The notes below the pieces were generated by a model, which searched no databases, was not told where the DNA came from, and worked only from the letters and a program-made list of their open reading frames with translations. Shown here in pieces: positions 59,721 to 64,000 of a DNA stretch of 64,000 nt. The translations under genes and the position numbers were made by a program. Numbering within the stretch: the first letter of the stretch is position 1; the number at the start of each line of letters is the position of its first letter. Source of the DNA: Kiritimatiellia bacterium (GTDB lineage: Bacteria; Verrucomicrobiota; Kiritimatiellia; CAIVKH01); the NCBI GenBank assembly GCA_023953695.1, contig JAMLJG010000003.1, forward strand, positions 7,012 to 71,011, read 5' to 3'.

Positions 59721-60344
59721 TCAGTCCTCATTTTTCAACAAACGATGATGCTCAGCGACAACGATGGAGCGCAGCGCATCATACGAAGCATCCAAACGAT
59801 CATTCACAATCAGATACTTGTACTCGCGCCAGCGACGCATTTCGTTCTCCGCCTGCTGCAATCGTCGCTCGATTACTGCGTCAGCATCTTTGCCGCGAAG
59901 ATGAAGTCGTTTGCGCAGAACTTCGATAGAAGGCGGAGCAATGAATGCATCCACAAAACCCCGACGCAATGCATCACTTGCAGGCAATGTCGAAAGCTTC
60001 TCGCGTATTTGCGAAGCGCCCTGAACATCAATATCCATCAGCACATCGCGGCCAGAGGCAAAACCGCGTTCGATAAAGCGACGCAGGGTGCCATAGCGAT
60101 GACCGTGCACCGTTGCATGCTCAACAAACTCATCGTTTTGCACGCGTCGCTCGAACTCCTCTTCAGAGATGAAGTAGTAGTCCGTTCCATCAATCTCCCC
60201 ATCGCGCGGCGCGCGCGTTGTGCAGGAGACGGAATAGACCATCTGGTGAAACTCGGCGAGCAAACGCTCGCAAAGAGTTGTTTTCCCGCCTCCAGAAGGC
60301 GCCGACACCACCACCAACAGCGAACGCACAGGCAATTCGATCAT
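59721..60344 (-). CDS. gmk: Guanylate kinase
   Basis: P-loop SAPSGGGKTT, YSVSCTTRAPRDGEIDGTDYYF. Confidence 0.95.
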   Translation of the reverse strand: MIELPVRSLLVVVSAPSGGGKTTLCERLLAEFHQMVYSVSCTTRAPRDGEIDGTDYYFISEEEFERRVQNDEFVEHATVHGHRYGTLRRFIERGFASGRDVLMDIDVQGASQIREKLSTLPASDALRRGFVDAFIAPPSIEVLRKRLHLRGKDADAVIERRLQQAENEMRRWREYKYLIVNDRLDASYDALRSIVVAEHHRLLKNED

Positions 60345-61225
60345 TGTATATTCTGGACCTGCTCGCGCAGGCGCTCCAGCTCCGTCTTGAATTGAACGAC
60401 CCGCTGCGCAATGGCGGCATCATTCGCTTTTGATCCGATAGTATTAATCTCGCGATTCAGCTCCTGAGCGAGAAAATCAAGAGCCTTTCCGGCGGGCTGA
60501 GTCCCGCGCAGCCATTCGCGCACTTGCTTGAGGTGGCTGGCAATCCTCGTCGTTTCCTCCGTGATGTCTGAGCGATCCGCAAAGAGAAGCGCTTCGCGCT
60601 CTAATCGCTCATCGGAAATGCCCAACTCGTCCCGCATCGAAGCCAGTCGGCCCTTCAGCGCCTCTCGGAACCGCACCACGGCCGCCGGACTCAGCTCAGA
60701 TATCTCATTTGCCAATGTTTCCAGCACCTTCACCCGAGCCTGAAGATCGCGCGCCAACGCAGCCCCTTCTTTTTGCCGCATTCGATCCAGTCGCTCCAAC
60801 GCTTTGCTCAACGCGACCTGCAACACGGTCCAACTTCGCTCGATATCCTCCTCCGGCGAACGCACATGCACCACGCCGGGCAGTGACAAGAGATGCGACA
60901 ATCCCAAATCATCGCGCACTTGGAGCTTGTTCGCCTGCTTGCGCAGCGTGGTGAGGTAAGCCCGGACCAACGATTCGTTCAAAACAACTTCATGCCCCGC
61001 GTCGCGAGCGGAATAGCGAACGACCACATTCACGGAAACGCGGCCGCGACTCAACACGCGCGCGATCTCGTCGTGTATGCGAGATTCCAGAATGGAAAGA
61101 GACCGCGGCAAAGAGAGCACAATATCGAGTTGCTTCCGGTTGACCGAACTGACCTCCACCTCCGCGTGAAGACCCTCCTTTTGCGCGGTGGCGCGCCCAC
61201 AACCGGTCATGCTGCGAATACTCAT
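60341..61225 (-). CDS. yicC: YicC/YloC-family stress-induced protein
   Basis: [13 protein letters not shown]-terminus (YicC_N) and conserved C-terminal DUF1732 region. Conserved yicC-gmk linkage. Confidence 0.88.
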   Translation of the reverse strand: MSIRSMTGCGRATAQKEGLHAEVEVSSVNRKQLDIVLSLPRSLSILESRIHDEIARVLSRGRVSVNVVVRYSARDAGHEVVLNESLVRAYLTTLRKQANKLQVRDDLGLSHLLSLPGVVHVRSPEEDIERSWTVLQVALSKALERLDRMRQKEGAALARDLQARVKVLETLANEISELSPAAVVRFREALKGRLASMRDELGISDERLEREALLFADRSDITEETTRIASHLKQVREWLRGTQPAGKALDFLAQELNREINTIGSKANDAAIAQRVVQFKTELERLREQVQNIQ

Positions 61226-62442
61226 GCGCCCTTGCCTCCACTCTGGGTGTGCGCTGCATCCCATGCCTCCATCTGCTGCACATCCTTGTCTCCGCGACCC
61301 GATAAATTGATGATGACGATGTCGCGCGGCTTAAATTGCCGCTTCGACTTCAATGCATACGCGACGGCGTGCGCCGATTCCAACGCAGGCAGAATCCCTT
61401 CAAGTCGGCAGAGTGTGTTGACCCCGCGGATTGCATCTGCATCACTGATGTGATGATATTCCGCGCGCTTCAAATCGCGCAGCAACGCGTGCTCCGGTCC
61501 CACCGCAGCATAGTCGAGCCCCGCGCTAACCGAATGCGTCAATTGAATCTGCCCATCGGCATCCTGCAAGACATACGTCTTCGTCCCCTGCAGGATACCC
61601 ACGTGCCCACCGGCAAATCGCGCGGCATGACGGCCCGGCTTGATCGCCTCCCCTCCCGCCTCCACACCGATCAAACGAACCTTGGTGTCCTTAATGAAAG
61701 GATAGAAAATACCGATAGAATTGCTCCCGCCCCCCACGCACGCGATGATGTGCGTCGGCAAACGTCGTTCTGCCGCCAGTATCTGACGCCGGGCCTCGCG
61801 TCCAATCACGCTTTGAAAATCGCGCACCATCATCGGATAAGGATGCGCACCTAGCGCGGAACCCAAAATGTAATGAGTCGTGCGAACATTCGTCACCCAG
61901 TCGCGCATCGCCTCGCTGATTGCCTCTTTCAGCGTCTGCTGTCCCGCCGTCACCGGAACAACCGTTGCGCCCAACCGCCGCATGCGCGACACGTTGAGCG
62001 CCTGCCGCTCCATATCCACTGCGCCCATGTAAATAACGCACTCGAGACCAAACATCGCGGCAACAGTCGCCGTGGCGACACCATGCTGGCCTGCTCCAGT
62101 CTCGGCGATGACGCGATGCTTCCCCATCCGTCGAGCCAGAAGCACTTGCCCCATCGAGTTGTTGATCTTGTGCGCGCCGGTGTGACAAAGATCCTCGCGC
62201 TTCAAGTAGACCTTGGCGCCAATCTCCTTCGACAATCGCTGTGCATGATAGAGCGGAGTCGGACGCCCCACAAAATTGCGGAGATAGTAGTTCAACTCCC
62301 GATGAAACCCCGCGTCGCGGCGAATTCGCGCGTACTCCGATGCCAACTCCTGGAGCGGCGACATCAGCGTCTCCGGCACAAACATCCCACCATAGGGTCC
62401 AAACCGCCCCAGCGAATCAGGCTCTGTTATTCCGCGCGGCAT
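61222..62442 (-). CDS. trpB: Tryptophan synthase beta chain (TrpB1 type)
   Basis: [35 protein letters not shown] motifs. Confidence 0.96.
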   Translation of the reverse strand: MPRGITEPDSLGRFGPYGGMFVPETLMSPLQELASEYARIRRDAGFHRELNYYLRNFVGRPTPLYHAQRLSKEIGAKVYLKREDLCHTGAHKINNSMGQVLLARRMGKHRVIAETGAGQHGVATATVAAMFGLECVIYMGAVDMERQALNVSRMRRLGATVVPVTAGQQTLKEAISEAMRDWVTNVRTTHYILGSALGAHPYPMMVRDFQSVIGREARRQILAAERRLPTHIIACVGGGSNSIGIFYPFIKDTKVRLIGVEAGGEAIKPGRHAARFAGGHVGILQGTKTYVLQDADGQIQLTHSVSAGLDYAAVGPEHALLRDLKRAEYHHISDADAIRGVNTLCRLEGILPALESAHAVAYALKSKRQFKPRDIVIINLSGRGDKDVQQMEAWDAAHTQSGGKGA

Positions 62443-63047
62443 TGTTCAATAAACCTTTTCACTTTCTCCATATCCTTGCGCCCGGGCTCCGCCTCCACAC
62501 CCGAACTCACATCCGCTCCCCACGGATGCACATTCTTCAGCGCCTCGCGCACATTCTCCGGCGTCAATCCGCCCGCCAGAATAACCGGCTTCAGCGAATG
62601 AGTCACGAAGTGGCGAGCCGCAGTCCAATCCGTCAATTGACCGGTTCCACCCGGTGCCTTCGGACTGTAGGCATCCACCAGAAAAGCCTCAACAGACCAG
62701 CGATCCGGCGGCACAGCCGGATGATGAGGCGCCAAGCGCACCGCACGCCAGAGGGGTCTCGGAAAATTGAGGAAATCAGCAGGCTGCTCCGATCCGTGCA
62801 GTTGGGCGATATCCAAATTCGCCAACTCCATCGTCCGCAAAACATCCAGGGCTTCCGAATCCACAAAAACGCCGACCTTCTTGATGGTCGGCGGAAGATC
62901 GCGCGTCCACACCGCAACATCGTCCGCATGGACAAAGCGCCTCGATCCCGGCCAAAAGACAAAACCAATCGCGTCGGGTGACAAAGCGGCGACCGCTTCA
63001 ACCTCTGCCTCGCTGGTCAGGCCACATATTTTGACAAAACACTTCAT
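62427..63047 (-). CDS. trpF: Phosphoribosylanthranilate isomerase
   Basis: [11 protein letters not shown]... TIM-barrel PRAI signature. Confidence 0.9.
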   Translation of the reverse strand: MKCFVKICGLTSEAEVEAVAALSPDAIGFVFWPGSRRFVHADDVAVWTRDLPPTIKKVGVFVDSEALDVLRTMELANLDIAQLHGSEQPADFLNFPRPLWRAVRLAPHHPAVPPDRWSVEAFLVDAYSPKAPGGTGQLTDWTAARHFVTHSLKPVILAGGLTPENVREALKNVHPWGADVSSGVEAEPGRKDMEKVKRFIEQCRAE

Positions 63048-63823
63048 ACCCGTTGCATCAACTCGCGCGCCGCTTTTTCGACATCCGGCTTCCGCAAAAG
63101 CGACTCGCCCACCAACACCCCGCGCACTCCCGCCTCTTTGAGATGAAGCACGTCTTCGGGCGTCGCAATTCCACTCTCGCTAATCAAGCACACATCATTC
63201 GGAACACTCTCCACGAGCAAATAGGTAGTCTCCAGCCGAGTCTCAAACGTCTTCAGATTCCGATTGTTCACACCAATGCAGCGCGGATTCAAGTCTAACG
63301 CGATCTCCAACTCCTCCCGCCCATGCACCTCAATCAGTGGCGTCATCCCCAACTCCAGAATGTGTTGGTGCAGCTCGCGCAGGCGTTCCTCCGATAATGC
63401 TGCAACAATCAGCAAGACCGCCGATGCCCCAATCGCGCGCGCATGCGCCACTTGCCACGGATGCACCACAAACTCCTTGTAGAGCATCGGCAAACGAACC
63501 GCCGCTCGAACAGCGGAAAAATCATCCTCGCCCCCGCCAAAATGCGCCCCGTCCATCAACACCGAGAGGGCCTGCGCCCCACCCCGCTCATAGCTCAACG
63601 CAATCTCGACCGGATCAAACGGCGTCCGGATCAACCCCGCTGACGGTGAACGCCGCTTCACCTCTGCGATCAATCCCACGGAACGCACACGCAGCGCGGC
63701 AAGAAAATCCACCGGCGTTTGCGCCAGCGCCGCACGCCTTTCGATCTCCGCAATCGAAACGGTCTCCATGCGCCGCACCAGCTCCCGCTCCTTGTCCGCA
63801 ATAATTTGATCAAGAATGCTCAC
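63044..63823 (-). CDS. trpC: Indole-3-glycerol phosphate synthase
   Basis: [12 protein letters not shown]... N-terminus, IGPS barrel. GTG start overlapping prfB stop (GTGA). Confidence 0.92.
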   Translation of the reverse strand: MSILDQIIADKERELVRRMETVSIAEIERRAALAQTPVDFLAALRVRSVGLIAEVKRRSPSAGLIRTPFDPVEIALSYERGGAQALSVLMDGAHFGGGEDDFSAVRAAVRLPMLYKEFVVHPWQVAHARAIGASAVLLIVAALSEERLRELHQHILELGMTPLIEVHGREELEIALDLNPRCIGVNNRNLKTFETRLETTYLLVESVPNDVCLISESGIATPEDVLHLKEAGVRGVLVGESLLRKPDVEKAARELMQRV

Positions 63824-64000
63824 GTCTTCTTGTCCATTTGCAGATAGGCCTCAATGAACCCATCCAATTTGCCATCCAACACCGCGTCAGCCTGCCCCGT
63901 TTCATGATCGGTGCGGTGATCCTTCACCATCGTATACGGCTGCAAGACATAGCTCCGAATCTGCCGACCCCACGCGATCTCGCCCTTCTCCCCATAAAAC
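63820..64000 (-). CDS. prfB: Peptide chain release factor 2, C-terminal fragment. Gene continues beyond window end.
   Basis: Minus-strand translation of the window end: ...[65 protein letters not shown] and LDGxLDxFIEA are RF2-type C-terminal signatures. Confidence 0.8.
   Translation of the reverse strand, partial: FYGEKGEIAWGRQIRSYVLQPYTMVKDHRTDHETGQADAVLDGKLDGFIEAYLQMDKKT

Overview
High-GC (~60%) chromosomal segment from a diderm (Gram-negative-type) bacterium. The diderm call rests on two LpxL-family lipid A acyltransferases, an LptF/LptG permease and FtsB. The window is densely packed with core housekeeping genes on both strands and shows no mobile elements, CRISPR arrays or obvious defence islands.

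RNA and regulatory elements recognised:
- Bacillus-type long SRP RNA (ffs) immediately upstream of dnaX-ybaB-recR.
- Type-A RNase P RNA (rnpB) on the minus strand.
- tRNA-Lys(UUU).
- FMN riboswitch in front of a rib operon ordered ribBA-ribH-nusB-ftsY-ribD-ribE.
- Several clear intrinsic terminators.

Main coding content, left to right:
- A heavy-metal P-type ATPase, truncated at the window edge, divergent from a TroA/ZnuA-type metal ABC importer.
- lpxL, an SDR oxidoreductase, an M48 protease, yceH and surE.
- A secreted beta-helix protein, folD, lptF/G, a GT39/ArnT-like glycosyltransferase, ftsB-eno and a second lpxL paralog.
- A rhomboid protease, then pgl, pntB/pntA2/pntA1 and DUF547-zwf (an NADPH-supply cluster).
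- A nucleoside phosphorylase, thyA-folA, a Cys-rich LTXXQ periplasmic protein, acnA and uvrB.
- birA-coaX-trpA-GDP-mannose pyrophosphorylase-ruvX-truA-rpe, then lepA-lepB, glgA and rnr.
- A GspC-like orphan, a Zn-ribbon COG1579 protein, the rib operon, a TPR protein, a DNPH1-like hydrolase, nrdR, gmk, yicC, trpB-trpF-trpC and the 3' end of prfB.

Most unusual observations:
1. Both permeases of the metal ABC importer carry a C-terminal DtxR/MntR-like winged-helix plus metal-binding domain, and no free-standing regulator gene is present.
2. A 22-codon Lys/Ala-rich ORF with a strong SD, two hairpins and a strong terminator sits in the 600-bp gap upstream of nrdR.
3. Twin 15-bp palindromes lie upstream of a small Zn-ribbon membrane-protein gene.
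4. A 570-bp gene-free, lower-GC spacer between lepB and glgA contains two adjacent AT-rich palindromes.
5. A 50-aa basic protein gene is missing from the ORF track.
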